The notes beneath the pieces are model-generated. The model did no database searches and was not told the origin of the DNA. It worked only from the letters and a program-made list of their open reading frames with translations. The position numbers and the translations under genes are program-made. Shown piece after piece: positions 31,812 to 41,377 of a stretch of 64,000 nt of DNA (positions within the stretch are counted from its first letter, which is position 1; each line of letters begins with the position of its first letter). The DNA comes from Roseibacillus sp. (GTDB lineage Bacteria > Verrucomicrobiota > Verrucomicrobiia > Verrucomicrobiales > Akkermansiaceae), in NCBI GenBank assembly GCA_051251855.1, contig JBPOGI010000007.1, positions 128,001-192,000 of the forward strand, given 5' to 3'.

Positions 31812-34301
31812 ATGAACAAGAAGCGAAACCAACGCAAGACCAAGCAGCCCTTTTACAAGCGCCGGGGTATCTACCTCTTCCTATTGGTCTGCACCCTAGT
31901 CGGAATCGTCGTCACCCTCCTGTTCTATCAAGTCTACCTGAAGCCCTTCCGCGAACGCGCCCTTGATAACTATGACTACAGCAAGGTCGATGATGTTGAG
32001 ATCCCCAGCCAGATTTTTGACCGCAACGGCGTCCTCATTGGCCGTTCTTACGAGGAAAACCGTTCACTGGTGACCATCGACAAAATTCCTTCCGTCTTCA
32101 TCAACGCCCTCCTCGCTCAGGAGGATCAGCGCTTTTGGCAACACAAAGGCGTCGACTGGACGGGTGTCTTGCGCGCTGTTTACCTAAACGTCAAAGCCGG
32201 CGAAACGACTCAGGGAGCCAGCACCATTACCATGCAACTGGCCCGCAACGCCTTCAACCTGCAGAAAGAGGCTGATGAACGCGGCGAGTCCGGTATCGAG
32301 CGCAAGATCGTAGAAGCATTTGTCGCTACCGAAATCGAGAAAACCTACGTTGGCAAGGTCTCTCCCGACGAGAGGGTCACTCGCAAGCGGAAGCTGCTCG
32401 AGATGTATCTCAATCGCGTCCACTTCGGCAAAGGCTATTACGGCATCCGTGCTGCCGCGCTGGGATTCTTTGGAAAAGAGCCCGAGGACCTTTCTATCTC
32501 CGAGAGTGCCTCCCTCGTAGCTTGTATTAAAAATCCCTACTGGATTAACCCCATCAAGAATCCCGAGCGTAACCAGAAGGATCGCAACCATGTCTTCACC
32601 CGTATGTTCGCGGAAGGAACCATCCCTTCCCGCGAAGAATACGAGCGTCTCTCGGCTGCCCCTGTGGTCACCAATCCCCGACCACTCCGCCGAGGCACTT
32701 CCCACCTTTACGATAAAGTAGTCGCCCTGACTCGAGATGTCGTGGGTGACGACGCCATGTCCCGCGGTGGCTTCTCCATCTACACGACCGTCGACAAGAA
32801 AGTGCAGGAATCGGCCCGCCAAAGCCTCCGCGAACAACTCCTAGAAATAGAACAAGTCGAAGGTTACAGCCATCCCCTTCTCTCCGAACATAAACGAGAA
32901 GATCTAGAAGCCCCTGAGTATCTTCAAGGAGCCGTCCTTGTGACAGACAGTAGCACGGGAGCAGTCATCGCGCACGTGGGTGGCCGCGAGTTCTTACACT
33001 CACAATACGACTTCATCGAGTCCGGCCGTCGCCCCATCGGCACCGCTTTCTTGCCCGTTGTCTACGCAGCGGCTTTTGAAAACGGACGCTCACCCGCCAC
33101 CTTACTTGACGACCTCCCTATTGATGCTCGCGAAGTCGCACTGGGAGGATCAGAAGGAATTCTCGGCGAATGGGGTATCGAGATCATGGACCCCGTTTAC
33201 GAGGGAGAAATCACCTGTCGGCAAGCCCTACGCGATTCCAAGATTGCCGCCAGTGTACGACTGGGATTGGACGTCGGGGTCGCCACCGTGGCCAACCAAG
33301 CGAAAAAGTTTGGCCTTCCTCTCGAGTCTGGCGAAATGCTGGCCCGCCTCCTCCTCGGTTGGGAGCAAAATTCCCTTTGGCAAGTATCTCGCATGTATTC
33401 CTCCTTTGCCCGCAACGGCCAAGCACCTAAGAATCTCTACTACATCGAGAGCATCAAAGACATCGATGGCAAAGAAGTTTACCGAGCACCTCGCACTAAA
33501 TCAGAAACAGAAGAAGTCTGCTCCTCCTCCTCAGCTTTCCAAGTGCACTCCATCCTCGCAGACACTACCCGCAAAGGCAACCTGAGTGGCAAAGCCGGGG
33601 GCCTCGTAGAGCCCGAGTTCTCCATTGTAAAAACAGGCACTAGCCACAACTTCTCCGATGCCTGGTCCGTCGGCTACAACGGTCAGCTGACCTGCGGCGT
33701 CTGGGTCGGATTTTTAGAAGGTCGCAAACCCATCTACGATTACGCCTTCTCCAAAGAAGCCTCCTTACCCATCTGGACCGATACCATGAACACCGTGGCC
33801 AACGAGTTTCCTGGTGAGCGTATCCGCATGCCCGCAACTCTTACCGCAGTTGGCCTTTGTCAGCGCTCAGGACGCAAAGTCACCCGCTATTGTTACGACA
33901 GTGTCTTTGATCCTGAGCTTGGAGTCAGCCTCGCCTCCACTTCCTACCCCGAGTATTTACGGGTAGGAGAAGCCGAAGTCGGGCTTTGCCCAGTACATGG
34001 CGCTGGAGGGGTCACCCCTTCCGCTAAATTCGCTCCCGATACCGAAGGCCTGCGCCAGCGACGACTTTCTGTCACCCCCATTCAAGTCCTCGCCACCGCG
34101 CTTCTTGGCGATGACCCCTATGGTTCCAAGACCCCGACCCCAGCGAAAGTGGAAGAAGAGGAAGAACCCCAGGAAGAAGATGGCGACTCTCTTGTCAGTA
34201 AAAAAGCTAGTTTCGTCGCCAAAGAAACTCGAAAAGGTGAAAGGGAAGCGACCATCAAATTGCGACCTCCTCCTCGCATCCCCATTTCGGACGAACTATG
34301 A
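31812..34301 (+). CDS. Class A penicillin-binding protein (GT51 transglycosylase + degenerate transpeptidase)
   Basis: TM anchor, EDQRFWQHKGVD, GASTITMQLARN, RKIVE; TP domain has GTAFLP in place of GSxxKP but keeps KTG. Confidence 0.9.
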   Translation: MNKKRNQRKTKQPFYKRRGIYLFLLVCTLVGIVVTLLFYQVYLKPFRERALDNYDYSKVDDVEIPSQIFDRNGVLIGRSYEENRSLVTIDKIPSVFINALLAQEDQRFWQHKGVDWTGVLRAVYLNVKAGETTQGASTITMQLARNAFNLQKEADERGESGIERKIVEAFVATEIEKTYVGKVSPDERVTRKRKLLEMYLNRVHFGKGYYGIRAAALGFFGKEPEDLSISESASLVACIKNPYWINPIKNPERNQKDRNHVFTRMFAEGTIPSREEYERLSAAPVVTNPRPLRRGTSHLYDKVVALTRDVVGDDAMSRGGFSIYTTVDKKVQESARQSLREQLLEIEQVEGYSHPLLSEHKREDLEAPEYLQGAVLVTDSSTGAVIAHVGGREFLHSQYDFIESGRRPIGTAFLPVVYAAAFENGRSPATLLDDLPIDAREVALGGSEGILGEWGIEIMDPVYEGEITCRQALRDSKIAASVRLGLDVGVATVANQAKKFGLPLESGEMLARLLLGWEQNSLWQVSRMYSSFARNGQAPKNLYYIESIKDIDGKEVYRAPRTKSETEEVCSSSSAFQVHSILADTTRKGNLSGKAGGLVEPEFSIVKTGTSHNFSDAWSVGYNGQLTCGVWVGFLEGRKPIYDYAFSKEASLPIWTDTMNTVANEFPGERIRMPATLTAVGLCQRSGRKVTRYCYDSVFDPELGVSLASTSYPEYLRVGEAEVGLCPVHGAGGVTPSAKFAPDTEGLRQRRLSVTPIQVLATALLGDDPYGSKTPTPAKVEEEEEPQEEDGDSLVSKKASFVAKETRKGEREATIKLRPPPRIPISDEL

Positions 34302-35419
34302 ACGAATCATCGCAGGAGCCTCTCGACTCCACAGGCTCCTGGGCGCCCTTCATGTGCCCCTCGTGTAGAGGCCTTTTTCGCTCTCCGACGGACAAAGCGG
34401 GTGACGCTCAATGCCCCCTTTGTGAATTGGACCTTACTGTCCCACGAGGAAAGCCTCCAGCCCGCAGCCAGGAAACTCCTGAGGTAAGCCCAACTCGAAA
34501 ACGAAGACGAAGTTCGAAAGCCAAGCGTCACAATTGGGAGAACGCACAGTCTCAACCCCAAAGTCGCGGCACTTCCAAAGGAATCATCTTCACTTCAATT
34601 TTCCTATCTTCTATCGTACTTGTAGCAGCGGTATTGCTTCTCCTCAAGGACAAGGAACGACGCCTAGGCTCTCCTCAAAAAGAGAGCCCCCTTTCTGAGG
34701 GGGGCCGAAGTCTCGACTCACCTTCGAGAGACTCCTTCTTTGACTTTTCGACGAAGTCGGCAAACAAGGCAAAAGAACCACTGTTAGAGATCGAGACCGC
34801 TGACCTTCAAATGGCTCGGGAAGCTGCCAGCGCCTTTCTCAGCTGTGAGAGTATCGACGAACTTGCTCCTCTGATTCGAGACCCTGAGCGAGTCATGCCC
34901 TTGCTTCGAGAGTTCTACCGACAAACACCCTACCAAGCCACTGAGGCCATTGCAGTTGACGAAGAAGGAGTCGCTCAAGTTGCCAAACGTTTTACGAGCT
35001 TCAACATCGTCCTCAAAGACTACTCCACGCGAGCCATAGCTGTTGAGCTAACCAAGACCGAAGCCCTCGTCGACTGGGAAAGCTGGGTGGGATATTGCGC
35101 CATCCCTTGGGAAACATTTGTGGAGTCAAAAATTACCGAACCAACGGAAGTTCGTGTCGAAGTCAAGCGTGCCTATTACTACAATTTCAACTTCAGAGAC
35201 GACAGTAAATGGGCCTGCTTCCGGCTCGCAACAACGAGCGATGCCCCCGTCATTTATGGTTACGCACCCCTCACTGAGGATTTTGTCAGCAAGCTCCCAG
35301 GCGCGAGTAAGCCAGGGGCCACATTTGTCCTCAAAATTCGTTTTCCTGACACTGCAGTCACCTCAAACCAGGTCATCATTACCGACTTCCTTCAGTCAGG
35401 CTGGGTCCTCGGCCTTTAG
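34298..35419 (+). CDS. Hypothetical membrane protein with N-terminal zinc ribbon
   Basis: CPSC...CPLC, one TM helix, VDWESWVGY motif; ATGA overlap with the PBP stop. Confidence 0.75.
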   Translation: MNESSQEPLDSTGSWAPFMCPSCRGLFRSPTDKAGDAQCPLCELDLTVPRGKPPARSQETPEVSPTRKRRRSSKAKRHNWENAQSQPQSRGTSKGIIFTSIFLSSIVLVAAVLLLLKDKERRLGSPQKESPLSEGGRSLDSPSRDSFFDFSTKSANKAKEPLLEIETADLQMAREAASAFLSCESIDELAPLIRDPERVMPLLREFYRQTPYQATEAIAVDEEGVAQVAKRFTSFNIVLKDYSTRAIAVELTKTEALVDWESWVGYCAIPWETFVESKITEPTEVRVEVKRAYYYNFNFRDDSKWACFRLATTSDAPVIYGYAPLTEDFVSKLPGASKPGATFVLKIRFPDTAVTSNQVIITDFLQSGWVLGL

Positions 35420-35438
35420 AAATATTTACCCCATCCCC

Positions 35439-36782
35439 ATGACTCCCCTAGAGAAAGCCCTTCAACTCAATTTAGACCCCTCAATCTACGGGGTTTTTGC
35501 CGAAATTGGCGCCGGCCAAGAAGTCGCCAACTGGTTCTTTCGCGCCTCAGCTTCAGCAGGAACCGTCGCCAAATCGATTTCGGCCTATGACATGACCATG
35601 AGCGATGCCATCTACGGGAAATCTAGTAGATACGTCTCGCGAGAACGAGTGAAAGCCATGCTCGATCATGAATACCAAGTTCTCACCGAACGCCTCACTC
35701 CCCAACGAGGAGACAACTCCACCTTCTTTTCCTACTGCAATACCGTTCGTGCTCGGGGCTATAATGATACTGCTGAGTGCCATGGCTGGATGGGATTGCG
35801 CATGCAAACTAAACCTGGAGGACCTGCTGGAGACATCCTCCTGCACGTCCGCCTTCTTGATGACGAAAATGTCGACCAGATGGAGGCTCTTGGCACGGTG
35901 GGTCTCAACCTCATTCACGGAGCCTTTCACCACCGCGACAGCCTCGAAGACTTCGTAGCCCGCCTCGTAGACGGCTTGGCTCCAGGAAGGGTCGAGATCG
36001 ATATGCTCAAGTTCATTGGTGAACCATTCCATTACATCGACAATCGGATCTGTGCCCTTCAGCTCGTGACCGGCGGCCTTACCAAAACAGCCATGTTCCT
36101 TCCTGATGGCGATGTCGTGCAGCCTGCAGAGGTTCTCTACAAAAAGTCCGTTCTCCTTTTGCGTGGCTCCTTCAACCCAGTCACCAATCTACACCTTGAT
36201 ATGTTGGAGCAGGCTAAGGAAAATTTCCACGCCGATGAGAACGTCATGGAGATTTGCGAAATCTCCATGAACAACCTCCTCCGTGGAGAGGACATCGACT
36301 ATCTGAACTTCTTGGACCGCGTGGATGTCTTACAGGCCTTGGGCAAGACCGTAGTGATCTCAAATTGCCCCGAATTCTACCGAGTGGTGGCTATCTTACG
36401 GCGCTACACAAAAGAGCCCGTCGGCGTGATTCTATCTATTGGGCTCCTCAACGAGCTCTTTAAGGAGAAATGGTCTCAGCACTTAGATGGAGGCATTTTG
36501 GAATCCTTCGGACGTCTCTTCAAAGACCAGGTCAGACTGCTTGTCTCCCCATGGAAAAACCGAAAGACAGGAGACTTCGTCACCGCAGAGAACTTCCACG
36601 CCCCCGAGAAATTCACCGCGTTTTATCAGTTTCTTTATTCGAACGGTTACATTGTTGATCTCCCTTGCGGCGACGCCACCCTCCTCGATTGGACACCGCG
36701 CGACCTTCAGGAAATGAAGGAGCAAGGCAATCCCGCTTGGACCGACCTCGTCCCCACAGAAGCTCAACTCACCCCTTCTTAG
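35439..36782 (+). CDS. Nucleotidyltransferase-like protein (NMN adenylyltransferase-like)
   Basis: YGVFAEIGAGQEV, SAYDM..SDAIYG, and LRGSFNPVTNLH HIGH-like motif. Confidence 0.7.
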   Translation: MTPLEKALQLNLDPSIYGVFAEIGAGQEVANWFFRASASAGTVAKSISAYDMTMSDAIYGKSSRYVSRERVKAMLDHEYQVLTERLTPQRGDNSTFFSYCNTVRARGYNDTAECHGWMGLRMQTKPGGPAGDILLHVRLLDDENVDQMEALGTVGLNLIHGAFHHRDSLEDFVARLVDGLAPGRVEIDMLKFIGEPFHYIDNRICALQLVTGGLTKTAMFLPDGDVVQPAEVLYKKSVLLLRGSFNPVTNLHLDMLEQAKENFHADENVMEICEISMNNLLRGEDIDYLNFLDRVDVLQALGKTVVISNCPEFYRVVAILRRYTKEPVGVILSIGLLNELFKEKWSQHLDGGILESFGRLFKDQVRLLVSPWKNRKTGDFVTAENFHAPEKFTAFYQFLYSNGYIVDLPCGDATLLDWTPRDLQEMKEQGNPAWTDLVPTEAQLTPS

Positions 36783-36790
36783 TTTGCACC

Positions 36791-37702
36791 ATGAACTCAT
36801 CTTCGCCCGTCACCCGACGCGCTGCCCTGCTGGCCAAAGTATTCTGCATCTTCCCGATATACTCCGGATGCGGCAATATTGCGAACAAACCATTGTTACA
36901 ATCCTTGCTGCCTGATCCCGGCCCGGTTTGGTGTCGTTGCCGATGGGGCTCGTGGCTCCAATGCTACCTCAATGACTACGTAGGAAACTCCGTCTTCTAC
37001 TTCGGGGACCTCGATCCGAAGCTGAGCTGGATCATGCAAAAAACCCTCCGACCCGGAGACCAGTTTATTGACGTCGGTGCCAATATCGGGCTCCTTACCT
37101 TTTTAGGTTCGCAGCTCGTTGGTGATTCCGGCCGAGTCCTCGCTGTCGAACCTCAACCAAAAGTGATCTCCTGCCTCGAAAATGCCCTCGAACGAAACGA
37201 GAGTAAAAACATCACCCTTGCGCGCTGTGGCGTGGGACAAGAACCCGGACAACTCGACCTTCATGTCCCTGCCGGAAACCTCGGCTCAGCATCCTTCGCC
37301 GAGCTTCCAGGCGAAGCGACCGAAAGCTTCCAGGTTCCCGTGCGGACCCTTACCGACTTGCTCCAAGAGCACGATTTTCAAAGCGCGCGCCTGGTCAAAT
37401 TGGACGTCGAAGACTGGGAAGCCGAAGTGATCGCTGGTGCCGAAGAGGTTTGGAAAGACTCCCCCCCTCCGGGAATCATCTTTGAGTTCCGTGAAAAGAA
37501 GCGCATCCCTGACACCGAAGTCGGCAGACGCTTGACCGCCCTCGGCTATCACTTCTACCGCATCCCCCGCAATTGGTTTCGACCTCAGCTCATACGCAGT
37601 GACGAAGGCTTCTCCAAAGAAGTCACGCACGACGTCTTTGCAGTACACGAGTCCACCTCTTGCTTAGACTTGGGCTTTTCGGAACGAGAAATTGTCGAGT
37701 AG
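36791..37702 (+). CDS. FkbM family methyltransferase
   Basis: FIDVGANIG, AVEPQP, LVKLDVE. Confidence 0.88.
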   Translation: MNSSSPVTRRAALLAKVFCIFPIYSGCGNIANKPLLQSLLPDPGPVWCRCRWGSWLQCYLNDYVGNSVFYFGDLDPKLSWIMQKTLRPGDQFIDVGANIGLLTFLGSQLVGDSGRVLAVEPQPKVISCLENALERNESKNITLARCGVGQEPGQLDLHVPAGNLGSASFAELPGEATESFQVPVRTLTDLLQEHDFQSARLVKLDVEDWEAEVIAGAEEVWKDSPPPGIIFEFREKKRIPDTEVGRRLTALGYHFYRIPRNWFRPQLIRSDEGFSKEVTHDVFAVHESTSCLDLGFSEREIVE

Positions 37703-37713
37703 ACTTCCCAAAA

Positions 37714-38145
37714 ATGAATCCAGCCGTTCCCCCTCTCCCCAACAAGGATGATGAACACCTCAAGATTCTTTCGATTTTCCACTACGTTATGGCGGGACTG
37801 TTGGCGCCGACCATTTTCGTTCTCATCGCTCAATTTTTGATGCTGGATAGCCTGATGACGAACCCAGGCTTCTGGGGAGGCAACGCAGACCCTCCTCCTC
37901 AGGAAGCTCTTGGTATTATTCGCGCCTTCTTTGTCGTGACCGGATTTTTCATCCTCCTCATCGTCGTTCTCAACATCCTTTGCGCCCGTGATTTAAGAAC
38001 CAACAACAACCGCACCCTTTCCCTCATTGTTTCAGGTGTCAATTGCCTGAACTTTCCGCTCGGCACCACCCTCGGAGTCTTCACCCTTATTGTTCTCATG
38101 CGCCCTTCAGTCATTCAGCGCTATCAGTTCAAGCAACCCTACTAA
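37714..38145 (+). CDS. Small membrane protein
   Basis: HLKILSIFHYV...NCLNFPLGTTLGVFTLIVLMRPSV; several TM helices. Confidence 0.75.
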   Translation: MNPAVPPLPNKDDEHLKILSIFHYVMAGLLAPTIFVLIAQFLMLDSLMTNPGFWGGNADPPPQEALGIIRAFFVVTGFFILLIVVLNILCARDLRTNNNRTLSLIVSGVNCLNFPLGTTLGVFTLIVLMRPSVIQRYQFKQPY

Positions 38146-38250
38146 CTTTTCCTTTTCAGGAAGCGGTCGACTCTTCCTGACCATCAGCAGCCCCCACTCA
38201 CAAGATTCGGACTTGGGGTTTCCCTATCCTTTCCCTAGCCTCTGCCTCAG

Positions 38251-39552
38251 ATGAATTTCCTCGACGCCTCCGCCGTGCTGCTCACCTTGGCCGCACTCTT
38301 TGCCTACTTAAATCACCGCTTCATCAAACTTCCGACAGCCATCGGAATCATGCTCATCGGGCTCTTCTTCAGCATCACCTTCATCCTCTTCGGCGACTTC
38401 ATCCCTGTCATCTCTTCCGCTGCAGATAGATTCGTCGAAGGCATCGACTTCGATACCACCCTCATGCAAGGCATGCTCAGCTACTTGCTCTTTGCGGGAG
38501 CTCTCCATGTCAACCTCAACGACCTCAAGGACCAAAAAGCACTGGTCGCCATCCTCGCCAGCGTGGGCGTCATCTCCTCAACCTTCATGGTCGGAGGGGT
38601 CTTCTACTACCTCTTTCCCCTCTTCGGCTATCAAGTCCCCTTCATTTGGTGCCTTGTCTTCGGTTCCATCGTCTCTCCCACCGATCCAGTTGCCGTATTA
38701 GGAATTCTCAAAAGCGCCAAAGCGCCCAAGACCCTCGAAACCAAAATCACTGGAGAAAGCCTCTTTAACGATGGCGTTGGCGTCGTCGTCTACCTAGCCC
38801 TCCTTGGCCTTGCGGTCAGCGCAGGTGGTCATGGTGATGAGGCCCATGGTGCCCACGGCGACACTGGTGCTATGGGCATCGCCAAACTCTTCGTTTGGGA
38901 AGCCGGGGTTGGGATTCTCTGGGGAGGTGCTCTCGGGCTTGTCGGCTACTTCCTCCTTCGCTCCATCGATAATTATCAGGTCGAAGTGCTTATCACTCTC
39001 GCTCTGGTCACTGGCGGCTATCGGGCTGCTTCCGCAATGCACATTTCTGGCCCCCTTGCCATGGTCGTCGCGGGCCTCATGATCGGCAACCACGGTCGTC
39101 TTCTCGCCATGAGCGACACGACCCGTATCCACCTCGACAAATTCTGGGAACTCATCGACGAAATCCTCAATGCCGTCCTCTTTCTCCTCATTGGTCTCGA
39201 ACTTTTCGTTCTTAAGCTCTCCGGTCCCGCCATCACCGCAGGACTCGTCGCCATTATGATTGGACTCGGCGCTCGCTTTCTTGCGGTCTGGCTCCCTGTC
39301 ACCCTTCTCAAGCGAACACGCACCTTCTCTCCAGGTGTGATTCGAGTCCTCACCTGGGGAGGGATTCGTGGCGGAATCTCTGTTGCCCTCGCCCTTGGGC
39401 TTCCCAAGGACTCCGATTACCGCGACCTCTTTCTCGTCATGACCTATGTCGTCGTCATTTTCTCCATCTCAGTTCAGGGGCTGACGCTTGGTCCTGTCGT
39501 TAGAAAGCTCGTCACTTCTCAATCGGGTCCAGATCCTGAGAATTCTCATTAA
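38251..39552 (+). CDS. CPA1 family Na+/H+ antiporter (NhaP-like)
   Basis: SPTDPVAV, GESLFNDG, WGGIRGG; many TM helices. Confidence 0.93.
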   Translation: MNFLDASAVLLTLAALFAYLNHRFIKLPTAIGIMLIGLFFSITFILFGDFIPVISSAADRFVEGIDFDTTLMQGMLSYLLFAGALHVNLNDLKDQKALVAILASVGVISSTFMVGGVFYYLFPLFGYQVPFIWCLVFGSIVSPTDPVAVLGILKSAKAPKTLETKITGESLFNDGVGVVVYLALLGLAVSAGGHGDEAHGAHGDTGAMGIAKLFVWEAGVGILWGGALGLVGYFLLRSIDNYQVEVLITLALVTGGYRAASAMHISGPLAMVVAGLMIGNHGRLLAMSDTTRIHLDKFWELIDEILNAVLFLLIGLELFVLKLSGPAITAGLVAIMIGLGARFLAVWLPVTLLKRTRTFSPGVIRVLTWGGIRGGISVALALGLPKDSDYRDLFLVMTYVVVIFSISVQGLTLGPVVRKLVTSQSGPDPENSH

Positions 39553-39576
39553 TTGAAAATTCCTCGCAAGATTCTC

Positions 39577-39606
39577 TTGCCAATTTCCCGCTCACCCTTT
39601 AACACT
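39577..39606 (+). promoter_or_regulatory. Probable sigma70 promoter of the tRNA
   Basis: TTGCCA-17 nt-TAACAC(T), followed by a GC-rich discriminator CGCCGCCC. Confidence 0.45.
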
Positions 39607-39617
39607 CGCCGCCCACT

Positions 39618-39705
39618 GCTCGGGTGGCGGAATTGGTAGACGCGCCAGACTAAGGATCTGGTGTCCTTTACGGATGTGGGGGTTCGAGTCCCCCCTCGAG
39701 CACCA
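39618..39705 (+). tRNA. tRNA-Leu, anticodon AAG
   Basis: Acceptor stem GCTCGGG/CTCGAGC-A-CCA; D loop GGAATTGGTAGAC; anticodon arm CCAGA-CTAAGGA-TCTGG; long variable arm; GGTTCGAGTC T loop. Confidence 0.93.
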
Positions 39706-39713
39706 TCTTTTTT

Positions 39714-39750
39714 GAGGGACTTGTGAAAAATCACAAGTCCCTCTTTTTTT
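39714..39750 (+). terminator. Rho-independent terminator after tRNA-Leu
   Basis: GAGGGACTTGTGA-AAAA-TCACAAGTCCCTC-TTTTTTT, a perfect 13-bp stem. Confidence 0.9.
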
Positions 39751-39933
39751 GGGCTAATGTCTTCTTCCCCAGAAATCTCAAAACTTATGCACGATATCGA
39801 GCTGGCTAAGTCTGCATTTTGCTCGAAACGACCGCTTTCCACGGCACCCGATAGAGACTCAATATGCGGTATCTGAAGATACTCGGAGCCTGCGAGTCAA
39901 GATTGACACAACGCAAGCAAATCGAGAGCCCTG

Positions 39934-40032
39934 ATGACCACACAAGAGAAAACTAGCGAAGTCATCGACGCGCTCCGCCACGCCTACGAGATGGAAATTG
40001 AAACCGTTGAAAACTATCTGGCCGCTTTTTGA
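39934..40032 (+). pseudogene. 5' fragment of a ferritin-like protein gene
   Basis: MTTQEKTSEVIDALRHAYEMEIETVENYLAAF-stop resembles helix A (L..AY..E.ETV.NYL) of ferritin-like proteins; ends after 32 aa. Confidence 0.6.
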
Positions 40033-40062
40033 AACAGTCTTGTCAAACTTCTCCGCTTCGCC

Positions 40063-40665
40063 TCAGAAAAGCTCGTCCTGAATGAGTCCTTGAGGCTTCT
40101 TAAGAAGCGGGTTTTCACACTCGCGAATCGTAAGGACTCCCTCAGCTACTTCTTGCAAAACCTCCTCCCCTGATAAATATCTCGCCGAATCCTCGGCACT
40201 TAGAACGACCGGCATGCGATGATGAATCGGTAACACTAACCGATTCGCCATCATCGTAAGCATGGAGAAACAGCGCCCAAATTCCGGCTGCTCTTCCCAT
40301 ATTCCCGCCATCCACAGTAACTCGCCATCAGGGCTCTCAAAACGATAGCTCTGCTTTTTCCCCTCCGGTCCTTTCCATTCAAAATAACCCGCCACCGGAA
40401 TCAAACACCGCCTCGTCTGATAAGACTCCCGCCACATTGAACTCTCCAAATTGTCTACCCGCGAATTATTCACCACCCCTATATTTTTTCGGCGAAAACC
40501 CCAACTCATCATCTCCACCTCTCCATCACTTCTCACAACCGGCGCAGCATCTGTTCGACGAATCAACCGGCGCTCCACAAACGCCTCAAGTTCCTTCACC
40601 GCTTCTTCCTTGAGAGAACCCGAGAAACTCCCTGTTTTCCCCCCCATCTCATAAGCATTGCACAT
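40063..40665 (-). CDS. SOS response-associated peptidase (SRAP/YedK/HMCES-like, abasic-site protein)
   Basis: Catalytic Cys2 (MCNAY), NSR, RRCLIPVAGYFEW, AGIW, IHHRMPVVL. Confidence 0.9.
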   Translation of the reverse strand: MCNAYEMGGKTGSFSGSLKEEAVKELEAFVERRLIRRTDAAPVVRSDGEVEMMSWGFRRKNIGVVNNSRVDNLESSMWRESYQTRRCLIPVAGYFEWKGPEGKKQSYRFESPDGELLWMAGIWEEQPEFGRCFSMLTMMANRLVLPIHHRMPVVLSAEDSARYLSGEEVLQEVAEGVLTIRECENPLLKKPQGLIQDELF

Positions 40666-40867
40666 CCTACTTTCACTTTAATGCAGTCACTCCTTGGCCG
40701 CCACGCTCAAAAACGATCTTATCGAGTCCAAAAGATAAAAGCGTCTTGCGGATGAGAATTCGTCGCGAGTCTCCTTTCTTCCTGCTAAAAAACAACACCT
40801 GTTCGTCTCAGTGACCACTCCGCAACCTCTGCGACTCTGCGTTGCACGAACCACCCTCTACCCTCTC

Positions 40868-41377
40868 ATGATTCCCGACAACGCCGTCCTCCAGCTCGCC
40901 TCCCTCCTGATTGCCAAAGAACCCACCCCCGACCTCTTAGCTACTCTTCAAAACCCCGCCGTCAGCGAAATACTCATCGCCCTCGAGCCCTCAGCCAAAG
41001 AACTCCTCACCCGCCCTTGGACCGAAAAAGACTACGAAGAAGCCGCCGTCGAATTCTGCCGTCTCTTCATCCTCAACCCCGCCGTCCCTGCTCGCGCTGC
41101 TGCATGGATCGAAGACAAACCCGACGAGATCGCAGGCCGCATCCAATTCATGCTCGACCAAGGCTTCCTCACCCTGCCCGAACCCTATGCCAACCTCACC
41201 CCCGACCACCTCTCCGTCCTCCTCATCATCCAATGCTCTCTAGGCGAAGAAGACGACGGTCAATTCTGGGCCGACAACCTCGCCCCCTGGCTACCACGCT
41301 TCGGTAAAAGGCTCCGCAAAGACTCCCACTCCCCCCTCTACCGCCTCGTCGGTCATCTTCTGAAAACCACCCACTAA
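40868..41377 (+). CDS. TorD/DmsD-like molecular chaperone
   Basis: VEFCRLFI, P..AAW, PDHLSVLL, F..NLAPWLPRF, Y..VG pattern of the TorD family. Confidence 0.65.
   Translation: MIPDNAVLQLASLLIAKEPTPDLLATLQNPAVSEILIALEPSAKELLTRPWTEKDYEEAAVEFCRLFILNPAVPARAAAWIEDKPDEIAGRIQFMLDQGFLTLPEPYANLTPDHLSVLLIIQCSLGEEDDGQFWADNLAPWLPRFGKRLRKDSHSPLYRLVGHLLKTTH

Noticed and set aside
35118..35438. Long N-terminal extensions given by the ORF track (also at 42389, 45438, 36665, 18080)
   Set aside because: They overlap upstream genes or intergenic DNA; family similarity begins at downstream ATGs.
39757..39876. 39-codon ORF after the tRNA terminator
   Set aside because: No recognisable motif or other support.
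40030..40062. Possible UGA read-through of the ferritin-like stump
   Set aside because: Downstream codons do not resemble the ferritin continuation, run into the antisense SRAP gene, and no SECIS-like hairpin was seen.
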